64,000 nt of DNA from positions 29,140,001-29,204,000 of the forward strand of contig CM114271.1 of the NCBI GenBank assembly GCA_050084515.1, given 5' to 3'. Both the position numbers and the translations under genes were made by a program. Each line of letters opens with the position of its first letter. Positions within the stretch are counted from its first letter, which is position 1. Shown here piece after piece: positions 23,201-35,000 of the stretch. Under the pieces are notes generated by a model that was given only the letters and a program-made list of their open reading frames with translations, made no database searches and was not told where the DNA came from. Origin of the DNA: Blasia pusilla (taxonomy: Eukaryota).

Positions 23201-25757
23201 ATAAACACATTCGTGCTTCCTTCCTAATATTTTTTTTGGCTAATCCTAGCTGAAGGGGAGCGTCATTGGTTACGATTACTTCTCCATCATGTGAGAGGAG
23301 CTCAATCATATCAAGATTTGAGAACTATCGATGGTGTTGTTTATCCTACCTTCAAAGGGACTGCTATTCAAATGGGACTTTTGGAGGATGATAGAGAGAT
23401 CTTTTCTTGCTTTGAAGAGGCGGTTGTCATTCGCACTTGCTATTCATTACGTCTACTCTTTGCCATCAGTCTTCTATATAATACACCTTCTCTTCCGGCT
23501 ATAGTGTGGGAACATTTTTTGGTTCCATTAACTGAAGATCTTCTACATCAAAAGCGTGAGGTAATATGCATGCCTTTTGTTAAGTTCATTTTTCTCTTAT
23601 GAGTTTTTTTATTTATGTTTTAACTTCTATATTTGTTCCTTGTAACAGAGAATTGGTATTCCGACCCTTCCATTGGATGTTCACATTATAAATCTTGCGT
23701 TATTGGAGGTCCATTACCATCTTCAAGATCATGGTAAGAGTATGGCGTACTTCCCCGACATGCCTCAACTTGATTTCCAAGCTCGTAATTTATCTATTTC
23801 GCGTCTAGAAGAGGAAGAGCTCTGGTACGATCATGATCTGCTTTGTGAACGTGTGAGAGCAGGAGAGATATCTTTAAATGATGGAAAACGAGCTATTTGG
23901 GAAGTTATTTGTAATGTTTTTTGCGATATCTTACAGGATGCGCCACCTTCTGTAAGTGGATATTATGCATAGTACATTTTAAGATGACTTTTTTACTCTT
24001 TAAATCTCTTTAAGTTTTATTCTTTTTAAAGTGCATTTTTATCACTAGAAATATGGATTTTTAGGAAAAACTTTTCTTTATTGATGGTCCTGGCGGAACG
24101 GGAAAAACCTTTTTGTACAACCTTCTTCTTGCAATGGTACGGAGCGAGGGTCATATAACTGTTGCAGTTGCATCTTCGGGAATTACCGCTTTATTATTGG
24201 ATGGAGGTCGTACTGCTCATTCTCAATTCAAGATTCCTATTCAAGTACATGAAAGCTCCACTTGCAAGTAAGTCTAGATTTAAGATTTTGTTTCCTTTTA
24301 CTTTATAATTATGGCATGCATATTATTGTTATATTCTTAGATTTATCCTTCATAAATGTTCCTCACATATTGTTTTGTTATCTATTTTCTAGTCTATCGG
24401 TCAATAGTCATATGGCCCGCCTTATACAAAAGGCGAAGTTGATCGTGTGGGATGAAGCTCCTATGACCCATTGTCATGCATTCGAGGCCGTTAATCGTAC
24501 TTTCCAAGATATCATGGGTTTGATGGATACTCGATTACGAGACTTGCCTTTTGGGGGGAAGATCATTTTATTCGGTAGTGACTTTCGACAACTTCTTCCA
24601 GTTTTTCGTCGTGGAGATCGTGCTACAATTGTGCGTGCAACATTGAGGAGATCTCTTATTTGGTCTGACGTGAGATTATTGAAACTCACTACCAACATGA
24701 GAGTTAATACTTTACAAGGTATTTAAGAATTAACCTAATATTTTTCCTTTTTCATTTCATGTGGTTTTTTTTAATTTTTAATATGTACTCATTTCTTGAT
24801 CTTATATTTTTGTAGGATATGCACGAGAAGAGCAAGAAGCGTTTGCAATGTGGTTACTAGAGATAGGAGAGGGTCGAGTACCATTACATTTGGACCTTCG
24901 AGAGGATTTTATACAAGTTCCGGATGCGATAATTGTAAAAATGACAAGGATGAATGATCTCATTGACGTTGTTTATGGACACGATGTTAATAAGTGGAGT
25001 GACATTGATTTCTTGAGGGGTACATCCATTTTGTAAACCAAGAATACAACTGTGGATATTATAAATTACGGAAATCATGTCTCAATTTCCAAGAGAGGTA
25101 ATATTTATGTTCTTGAATATCATTATTATATTTTCATTACCTATTGCTACATTTTTCTATCATCGCTCTTATTATTAATGATTTATTTTGTTTTTGCAGG
25201 AGCATACTTTCTTGAGTGCTGATACTGTTTTCGACGATGAGATGAGACTTGTTTATCCGACATAATTTTTGAACACATGTTTACCATCTCGACTGCCACC
25301 TCATTGTTTGACTTTGAAGATTGGAGCTCCGATAATGCTATTACAGAATATGAATGGAGCCAAGGGACAAGCAAACGGGACTCGGCTGGTGATAGCTAGC
25401 TTTAATAGACATCTTATAGATGCAAAAATTATCACAGGAAAAAACATCGGAGCTCGAGTTTTCATTCCACGCACTCCATTGATTGCGTCTGATTCTGGCC
25501 TACCTTTTGATTTGCAACGATTTCAATTTCCTATAAGTCCTGCTTTTGCAATGACGATTAATAAGTCTCAAGGTCAAACATTATATAGAGTTGGTATCTA
25601 CTTGCCTAATCCAATATTTTCTCATGGGCAATTGTATGTTGTCTTGTCGAGAGTAGGCTCGAGAAATTCTATTCATATTATGACAGATAGTGAAAAGGTT
25701 ATTAACAAAATAGGTGTTTATACTAAGAATGTTGTATATAATGAAATGCTAAATTAA
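20240..25757 (+). pseudogene. Helitron RepHel protein (Zn finger, HUH Rep endonuclease, Pif1-like SF1B helicase), multi-exon, disrupted
   Basis: CPSC..CCGHGK; FLTMTCNPKW (Rep motif 1); EFQKRGLPHVHILI (HUH); KYFYKYVYKG (Y2); [12 protein letters not shown] at ~24074-24109 (Walker A); IVWDEAPM; DFRQLLPV; FAMTINKSQGQTL; FSHGQLYV. About eight AT-rich GT-AG introns (e.g. ~22368-22469, 23561-23648, 24719-24815). Frameshift near 20987 and stops near 25034 and 25238. Confidence 0.95.
20245..20511 (+). repeat. 135-bp (45-aa) coding tandem duplication
   Basis: gataaggagtgatgcca at 20286 and 20421; peptide LIRSDAxGxNxEGHxExNEDNVxASIPNVGS occurs twice. Confidence 0.9.
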
Positions 25758-28700
25758 AATAATATACATATTATATTGGTATGTTTTTTTAAATTTTGTA
25801 ATTGATATGATTAATTTTGTATATGCTAAATTTTGATGGGGGTGCATGGCACTCGCATTTTTCCGTTTCTCTTCCATAACTTTGACAAACTCACATAGAA
25901 AACTTTGAAGATTACCGACACTTTTATTGCGGAAAGTACTTATGGTTCCCCACTTAGCTCCAAATGTTGGAGAGGAAGTGTGGTTCCGAGAACGAATCCC
26001 GGTAAAGCTCGCAGTGGAAATGTTAGTTTACATTTACAGATTTATTTATTTTTCTTAGCCCCGTCGGGTGCGGCTTGGTATTTTTAGACTCTCCGAATGC
26101 GCCCCTCCAATCGGTTCCATCTTTCTTTTACCAATGTACTTACTAGCTGTCCAAAAATAAGAAAAAGTATTCTCTTTCCGTGCTACCGAAACCTTTACTT
26201 GTTCGACTAAAATTTAGACAGGATAGCTTCATGATTTGTAAACACATGCCAATTCTGCAAATCCTGTACGCAGATGAACGCATGATGAATAGAAACGACG
26301 CGGCTTCCATTTCTAGAGTCCGTAAACGCAATCGTGACAAACATGCGCACGTACGGGCCGAATGAGATCTTAAGACTCACATTTCGTCCTTCCAATCCTC
26401 CACCGAACCACATACTTCAGGATACACCCAAAACTCCGAGCTTTGGATTCGAGCACCAGGCCTTTTTGTTGTTTGGATAGGAGTAGGTATAGTACGTTCA
26501 GTGGGAAATGACGATCAAGGGCTTCAGAGTGGGCCTGAGTTAAATCTGTCTGGTAGTTTAGATCTCCGGGTGCAGGATCAGTAAAGGGACTGGAGCCGAG
26601 TCGCACACCCTTTGGACAGTTATCAATTGGACAGATGCGGTGGTCCATCGGTGAATCAGTTTTCCATAATGTTGTGGAGCCCTGCGCCGAGCTCTTGGTC
26701 CGGGGATCGGAACCGAGCCGCGATGGCGACCCGTGGAAAGGAAACTTTGCAAAGTTGCAAACCTCGATGGTACAATCGAGAAATGCGCTGTCCGCGCCGC
26801 GGCCGGGGTGGTTGGGGTCCAAAACGCGGAAGAATCACCAAGGAATTTAGAGAGTTGAAAAGGTTGGAACGGGGATCTCACAGCGTTAATTTCCAATCAC
26901 TGCTACAGAGAATCGTGAGAATTATACGTTGGTACAGTGGAAGTAGCTATAGCTATAGAACATTCGCTCGACTCTTCGGCCTTCGCTAGATTCCCTTCGA
27001 TGGCGATAGGTGACCCCAATGTAATGTCGGACGGCTAACATTTCAAGAGAGGGATCCTTCGAACACGCGCAATCCTCGCTAGAGCAGTTCCTCGCGTTCA
27101 TCCTCGACGCAAATAAATAAAGGTACAGCTCCCTTCTTTACAAGGAGGAATTGGGTCAGCATTCACTGCAGACAGTTGAATGTACCAAGAACTAATGGAG
27201 TCATAAGTTTGATGAGCTAGATCTGTTCGGATTTTTCGGGGATTTGCTATATCCATGCTTTCTATAACGTGACAATCAGAAAACTTCCGACTTCTGAGGC
27301 TTAGTCTGATATGAAAGTGATCCGGAATAGATAAGTTATAATTCCGGAAACCAGTCAACTTCAGCGCTAACGCGTGGAAACACGAAACGTTGTGGATGGG
27401 ACCCATCGGAAGTTTAAAAAAAGGACTCAAAGAGTCGAGAATACTAGTGTAAAGAGCATTTACCAAGAGCAGAAACCTTAAAAAGGAATGTTGCCAACAC
27501 TGGCGTTTCCCATGGCCTGAGCCTCATAAGCCCATCGGCTTGGCCATTAAACGTGACAATGATACATAAATGTGACGAGTTCATTAACGGCAAGTGATTT
27601 CCTATGGCTTGGACGATATTTGCAGGATCATTGAAGTTTGCGCTTGTAGATCCAGCTTATTTCATCCATAACCCAAGAAAATGCGAACGATTTTAAAACG
27701 AAAAGAGAAACGTAAGCTTGATGCCCCATGGCAAACTAGGAAAAGAAACAGGAAATTTGAGGCTTTTTCAATCGCTAGTGTCCCGGTGATATGGCTATCA
27801 TCCGTCAGTGACTTCTCTTGGCTGTCCTTCGGTCACTGCCTCTTTCGAGCTGAATAGAAATCATGAGTGCTCGAGTCTAGAACCAGAAATGATTCCTTCC
27901 GCACATCTACGAATACTACACTCGAATCGGTTTACCTGGTGGTGCTCGTGCGAATTCTCTACACTCGATTTTGAATCTAGAAAATGATATCTAAAAAATG
28001 GCAGATCAGCCGCCGATCCGGTGTCTTTTCATATGGTGAGCAGTGCTGAGATAGTCGCTTAGCTTAGAGACGTCCCCACACATATTCAGGGAACAGATAC
28101 AGATACATGGACCATCGAAGAGTAGGCAGTACTTCGCCGAAGAGATCTAGACACGGTCAGGCGCATGTGCCTCATTCCTGATGCGCCTCATCATATCCAG
28201 GAGTCCTGTCACCTGCAAAGCACTTAGTCGATCTAGATCCAGATCATCTCTATTTGCGTTTACAGACATCTACCTTCTAGTATCAAAAGACCGTATTTTA
28301 GATAACTGGCAAGCTTCTTGAACCAGCGACAGAGTGTCCTGTGAAAAGTCCGAGATATATCTCTATGTGAAGACCACCAAAAAGCTACAAGTCGTGGAAG
28401 TTTTTCATGACGAGTCTTGTTGGACTAGATCTGGAAGCACTTACTTAGTACAGGTGCCCCAAACTACCACATGCCGCTCAGTGCCGCCCAACGAAAAGCA
28501 GGAGTGCACCATTGTCTCGTGGAAACTGAGGCAATTTGACCGCGGTCCAGAAAATCTGATCGATTTTCAAGGTATGGCTGCCTACTGATGCTCGTCCCAT
28601 CATATATCTGGACACTTTTGAAATTCTCGGAAAGTATGTGACGGGCCAAAACCCTCTCGAATTGACCCTAAACGTTCCCCGCGCACATTTCCCCTAGTGT

Positions 28701-30408
28701 GCGCGGGGAAACTTTCGATTTTCTTTGGACAACAATTCGAAGATAATTATTCAGTTGAATTCAACTAGTGATTTTGTAGCTAGCCACCTGGGACCATTTG
28801 ATCCACAATGCGAGACCAGTTGACCTAACGTGAGACCTACTATGCTTAAACGTACTGAACCACATACGGCATTCATGGGCTTTATAAGGCCCCGGAGCAT
28901 GCAAAATGAATATGAGATAGTAGTGAAAACACTCTGGTAACATCACGGCAATATAAATGGAATCATGAAATCCATGTCAGAAGAGATCCTCCATGAGAGC
29001 AAACTTCTGTTAAATGATCGTAGAACGTTAAAATCAGAAATATCCCATTCATAGAAGACTTTGATCGGTTAGAAACTCGAATGCGGTTTTTAATGGGTAT
29101 CTGAAAACCGGTTCCAAATCCGGTTGAGGGCTATGAAATATCGGCCATGTATACCGGTTCCTACCAACATACGTGTAAGAGTAGTCAAATCCCTCCTCAC
29201 ATCTAGTCCGCATGAGATTTTATCTTACTTTTTATTGAAAATTAATATGCATAAAAAATCCATTTTGAAAACTTATCTCATTTTTTAGAATTGAAATTCC
29301 TTCTTACAAATTCTCTAATTCTGATCTTTTCTAGATAAAAAAAATTATTGACCTCCTCATCAATTTCTTACAGAACTTATAATGTAAGAAGAGAAGTTTA
29401 AAAAAATAAAATATAGATACCTATTGTTTATTATCCAGACCGCCCTTTCAGCATGAAACACCCGTAGGCGGGAGTCCCTTCCCAAATTCATTGGGTTTTG
29501 GATGTTTTTAGATGATAGTTTAAATTACTATTTCTCTGAACATCGACTACAATATTGTAATATCGATGGCTTCATACTTAGGGTTAGCTTCTTGGAACTG
29601 TCATGTTTTCAACCAGACACTTTCGTGTGCGGAAGTCCATCGGAGTTGGTTGTGGGTTACGGGGATCTCGGCGGTGCTCACCTCGTGATGACAAATTAAG
29701 TTGCATGCTAGATTCTCACCCAAAACTCGCAGGCATCGAATGGGGATCTGTCACGGTGTGCAGAATGTCCGCTATCGGAGATCTGTCCGTAGCGTTTGAA
29801 ACTGCTCTACAGTGTGGGATACTTTGCACGATAATCGCACGCGCGAACTTTCGTGCTCGCAACAGCTGGTGATGTATAATTAGATGAGATTCGGGCCCGT
29901 CCTTATTATCAGCGTCAACGTCTGATTACATTTACCTGGGCAATTTACATGGTCTCTCGACATCTATACATGTGGGAAGGTTGTATGACCATAACCTACC
30001 AACTACATAACTATAATCTCATCGCCACAGCAACGCGCCTTCCAATTACCTCGTCGGTCGCTAAATTGATAATCAGTTTGGCCATAACAACCTCGCCGCC
30101 TCCAGATTCAATGGATCACAAAACCCTATCATCATCACTGGACCTATTTCGTCGATGGAAAGGGCTCATAGTCACTAAGATATACATACTCACTCTTGCT
30201 AGACCACAGCTATCGGTGGAATGAGGAATCGTAGCTGTAGGCATTATGGTCACGAAGTCTCGGATCCCTTGAGATCGACGAGTGCGAACCATCGTGTATG
30301 TATGTGGATGAGAGTCAACCTGTACAAGGTTAACGCTACGGCTAAACGTCCTCGGATTAGGTGCATGACTTTCTGGCATTTGAAAACTGAATGAGCTATA
30401 GCCTAACA

Positions 30409-32028
30409 TTAGCTAATGATTTGAACCCATGAAGCAACGCTCGGGATCCCGTCATTCACCACGAAGATCATGTAGTAACCAGAAGGTGCTACCATCTTAG
30501 TCGGTGGCGCAGTGACCGTCACTATGTAGACGTCGTCCTCCAGCGCTTCGGGTAACGTGGTTTCGAGAATCAAAAGCCGTTGACCTTGAGCATACGAGTG
30601 AGTCACGAACGGCGCGTTTGCAATATTCACTTCAATGTCTACCGGTGCATTCTCCAATGAGAATGTCACCGAGAAATCGGCCCCATGAGCGACGGTAGTA
30701 TTCATCGCGGTAACATTCGCTGGCCTCTTGTGGCTATTCGCAGGCGACAGGTAGGGCGGGGAGAAAGCCTCGATGCGTAACTCTGTAGGGTACGCGCCAT
30801 GGAAATAGTAGTACAGATGGGTATTGCTGCCAGCAGCCAAGATACGACCGTCGGGAAGGAGATTGGCTGTGGAGTGGTACATTCTGGGGATGGTGGTAGG
30901 AGCAAGAATAGTAAAGCGAGACCCTAGAGCACCGCCCGGACTGTAAAGGACGGGGTTCAACACGGCACCGCTGGCGAAGCCGAAGCCCTGCGACCCATTT
31001 AGCGCACCGTTGATGATGAGTACCTGTTTATCCGGCAGTAAAATCATGTCTCCCATACACCGACGAATAGGCATTTCCTCCATCAACCACGTAGGGTCTT
31101 CAGCGGTGACAGTCATCAGACCACATGATTGCAGCGCCTCCATGGTTAGCCTTCCGGGATTGCTGAATGCGCCAAGCTGTGAGCCACCGCAAATCAACAC
31201 TTGCACATCGCTGAAGTTGTTGTTGTGAAACAAAGGCAACACCACCGACGACCCGGCGGCAGGATAATTTCGGGGTCCGTCGGTGATGTTAGGCAGGGTC
31301 TTCAAGACTGTGTTGGTCTTGTAGTCGTATATGATCGATTGAGTACTTGCAAAGATCCAGAGGTTCCCGTCGGGCAGCAGGACCACAAAAGGATAATAAT
31401 TATTATGATCCCGGTTCTCGAAATAAGTGTCTCGCAGCAAATCCAGCTCAACTAGGCCCTGACCTGGATTCGGCGGCATGAACTCAAGCGTGTACACGTC
31501 TAATCCACCGATAACAATCTGTGTTCCATCCTCCAGCAACTGGTTTGTGGCGTACCACCTCCCTGCTTCCAGCTCCAGGTTGCTGTCTTCCACCCAATCG
31601 CAGGTGCCTCCAGGCGGACAAGGAGCGAAATATCGGACTTTTCTAATACCATCAGCATAGCCACCGGTCTGCACAAGCGTGCCATTAGCAGTCACTTGAC
31701 CCGATGAGCACCAAGTGTCAGTCTGAATGAAGAGAGGCCGGATGTGGTTGGACCCGGGAGTGAACTCCACCGAATGAGCGGTGCAGTCGGGATTCAGCCT
31801 CGTATCTTGAGTATCGTTGCGGCATCGCCCGTCCGGCAATTTGATCTGCGACGCACCGATGTCGGTTCTGTCGAGTAGAACCACCGTTCCAAAACGGGTC
31901 ACCTGAGAGTGCATGGATGCAATACCCGCATTCTGCACCAGAAGATCCCAACTCCCGTTCAGTGCATGGGATGTCCACACAGTAACCAAAAGGATAGCCA
32001 CCACTGCAAGTTTCTTGTACTCTGCCAT
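30409..32028 (-). CDS. GLOX: Glyoxal oxidase / aldehyde oxidase GLOX-like copper radical oxidase (AA5), secreted, intronless, 539 aa
   Basis: ATG at 32028 followed by a signal peptide (KKLAVVAILLVTVWTSHA); GIASMH, DTWCSSG, RWYATNQ, NYYPF, RNYP, RMYHS, FVTHS. The Cys/Tyr/Tyr/His/His copper-radical ligand set is intact; uninterrupted ORF. Confidence 0.95.
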   Translation of the reverse strand: MAEYKKLAVVAILLVTVWTSHALNGSWDLLVQNAGIASMHSQVTRFGTVVLLDRTDIGASQIKLPDGRCRNDTQDTRLNPDCTAHSVEFTPGSNHIRPLFIQTDTWCSSGQVTANGTLVQTGGYADGIRKVRYFAPCPPGGTCDWVEDSNLELEAGRWYATNQLLEDGTQIVIGGLDVYTLEFMPPNPGQGLVELDLLRDTYFENRDHNNYYPFVVLLPDGNLWIFASTQSIIYDYKTNTVLKTLPNITDGPRNYPAAGSSVVLPLFHNNNFSDVQVLICGGSQLGAFSNPGRLTMEALQSCGLMTVTAEDPTWLMEEMPIRRCMGDMILLPDKQVLIINGALNGSQGFGFASGAVLNPVLYSPGGALGSRFTILAPTTIPRMYHSTANLLPDGRILAAGSNTHLYYYFHGAYPTELRIEAFSPPYLSPANSHKRPANVTAMNTTVAHGADFSVTFSLENAPVDIEVNIANAPFVTHSYAQGQRLLILETTLPEALEDDVYIVTVTAPPTKMVAPSGYYMIFVVNDGIPSVASWVQIIS

Positions 32029-35000
32029 AGCTGCACTCCGACTAACTAGTGCTTGATCGACCAACCCGTCGAGCGATCAATATTGGCTGAAGCGAGTGTA
32101 TAGAGGTACCTAATAAAATGAGAAAGACTCGACAGATTCAACTCCTCTGCCTACGTACTCGATCTGGACCTGTAGACAATCTCTCGGATCAGATTGATCA
32201 TGTCTAGCTAGACTCTCTAGTTCGATTCCTTGCCACGTAAAAAACGCGCACTTCGGAATTTCAATGGCCTCCTGCAGATCCTCAAGAGGCTCACAGGTAC
32301 CGCTTTGGGCAATTTTTGAGATATCGATTGAATCTTCCAAAGCTCTCGTACACGACGCTTGCACTTGTTTCCATCCACAGGCTTTCAGATGTAGACGATG
32401 TTACGTCCACTCTCGAAACAGGTTTAGCCGAATGCGATCGGAAAGAGGTGTACGAAGAGGTTGGGGGAAAATGAACAATTGAACCCGATTTCCTCACAGC
32501 GCAGCCAGGAATTTATAGTAGCTCTAGAGCGCACCACTGCCTGCGGCTCGCGCGTCTCTACATACGACAGCCTGTCTCTCGTGTGGAAGCAACCACCTCC
32601 CATGCTACAAAACTCTGTGTCATCCGTTACTGTTACTCGATTACGTCGTGGTAAGCAAATTGCTGATTACAAGGAAACAGGAATCCGAATGAGAACATTT
32701 TCGCCAGGCAAGCTTTGTCATTCACCCCAAATTTAATATACGCAGGTGCCTTGCGGACTACTTATTGCAGTTGCTGCATTAATGAGTCAACCTAGCAATT
32801 CTACTGAATTACCTCTCCAAATTTTTTCAATTTTTTCAGATTATCGAGATGTAGATCTACCGTTTAAACACGAGTCACGAACACTGTACAGCGCTGCATT
32901 TTTTCAGATACGTCAGTCTCTGAATAGTGTTTGCTGCTACACCAAATTGCAAATTTCCGTGTTTACTCCAGGACCGGGACATCCAACGAATCGCTTCCAC
33001 AGGCTGGTCGGCTCGAAATATAGAACGTGTCCGGTGGTGAAACGTAGGAAAATTCGGTGTAATTGCAAGGCGAGATAAAACTCTTGGTAGCCTCAGGTCG
33101 ATTGAGCGAAGAATTCGAATGCATACCGTAAATTTTACTGGGAGTCAAGGCGCTGTCCGGGATTCCACTTGTTGGCACGTGATCATATGCAGGTTTAGGG
33201 CACGTAGCCATAAGAGCTCTAGAGGAGATCGAGCTTGCACTCTAACCACAAGCAGTCCATGAAAGAGGAGGATGAACTCCTTGGTAGACGTGACTGACCT
33301 TGACAGCATTCACTGACGCGCTTACTGAGGCACAGCAGTCAATGCATATTGAGTCGATGGCTGCGAACTGATCGAGGAACTCGCATGAACTAGGTCGGGA
33401 TCTGCAATTCTAAAATTAAATCAGTGCTCTGACTCTGCTACGTGGACGTATTTGTTAGGACCGGATATAATGCACATACATAGGCTGTTGGAACTAAATT
33501 TAGGCGAGCTGGGTCGCAACTCATTTTACGTGCAGAGGAGATCATCTGGAAAAAAAACTCTCCGTGAGGATTTAACATTCCATGGTTGCCTGTTTAGTCG
33601 CTTCGTTCCAGAACTACAGGTACTATGATTTGAACTCCAAAACAGAGCTGGGTGGTTTGCCGAGTTTGACTATATAATGCTCGAGAGCTCGTGCGGTTGT
33701 GGGCACTTTGATACATTAGGTTGAAGTATCCATCGATTTTAGCTTTCTCCTGCCTCCGTCTCTCCCGAGTCTTTTTAGGGTCGATTGTGGCCCTCATGTA
33801 GCTGGTCTCCCTTTTAGATTTTGCTACATCGATCGGATTCCATGCCTTTCGTTTGTGAGTAGTTGCGCTCATCTATATACTCGGGCGTAGCCGCATCGAT
33901 GGTTTCCTCTAGTTTACTATTGATGAGTCAGACTCAGATCCAGTCAGATCAGTCATTAGTAATCGAAATCGAGATTGTATACGTCATGAGCGAGGGATAT
34001 AGATACTGTGGTAGCTTCGAATTATGGATCCTATAAGATGGCCTGCCCATGCCCAGAAATCACGTTTACAGTGGTCAATTGAAGCTGTTATAGGTACAGG
34101 TCTAGGTTGTTACAAGTTGGATTATCGCTCAACTTGTAACCTGAGCTTGGGAGATGGCCTCAGTAACCGGCCTGTGATGTCAATCGTGCGGAATGGCACA
34201 CGAATCTGTATACAATTGTATATGTATGTCAGATTTCACTGGTTACGTGAAGCCTCTCAATCTTCCTCAGTCATCTTTGATGAATATCCTAGAATTTTCG
34301 ATGCATGATAATGATTTAAATCTAGCTCAAAACTGTGATCTTGAGTCTCAGAGGATTATCAACACTCATGAATTATGTCCACCTGATCATGATAGGGCAT
34401 CATGAGGTTTGCACGCTGCACACGTGCAACACTTCCGAACAAAGCCTGTTCAGAGTGTACCTTTGATTCTAGGTATCGAAGTAATAATACAGAATTCTAG
34501 AAATTCAGCACTGCCAAGATGACTGATGATCAATAGAAGCTGCGTTCAAGAATGTTACCATTCGTGAACAAGGATTAGACTGGCACGAAACCGAATTCCC
34601 CGGCGTCCGGCTATTGAGGGGCCCCATAGCATCCTTGGCCCGATAATCGGACATGGAAACTTTGGGATCAGAAGGCCCAACACAGGACTAAAACATATTG
34701 AGCAGTTTTTACAGAAAACCCGAGAAAAATGCGACAGAATTTGATGGTAGTACTAGAGTTCTTTGCTTGCAACTCTCTATCAAAGAATTTCCTCTCCAAT
34801 TTCGGAAGCTTATGCACTCTTTACACCAGCTTCCATGGACGGCTTGGAAGTGTCGACTTCCACTTTCTATTACTATCATTGTTTCCGTATGACCTTGGGA
34901 TTATCGCTCAACTTGTAATCTGACCTTGGGAGATGGCCTGAGAACATATGATGATTACTTGTCCCAACATTAGGAAATCAGAAATCAGTCCCTCGAAAAT

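Larger units (their letters stand above)
14827..26090 (+). mobile_element. Helitron, autonomous type but decayed; 3' end uncertain
   Basis: Helitron-type 5' end A|TCTATACTATAA at 14826/14827; RepHel coding region at 20.2-25.8 kb; imperfect GC hairpin at 26057-26075 followed by TTAG as a candidate degenerate 3' end. Confidence 0.75.

Noticed and set aside
26370-26989. Cluster of overlapping 100-150 aa ORFs in GC-rich DNA
   Set aside because: No recognisable motifs; overlapping ORFs on both strands are expected from GC content.
27424-27448. Alternative Helitron 3' end (gactc-aaa-gagtc ... CTAG|T)
   Set aside because: A 5-bp stem is too weak and the site is 1.7 kb beyond the helicase stop; cannot be preferred without other copies.
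28674-28712. GTTCCCCGCGC resembles the start of type I-E CRISPR repeats
   Set aside because: Single occurrence, no repeat-spacer array, no cas genes, eukaryotic context.
32029-32064. Longer GLOX N-terminus in the ORF track
   Set aside because: It begins at a non-ATG codon; the ATG at 32028 directly precedes the signal peptide.
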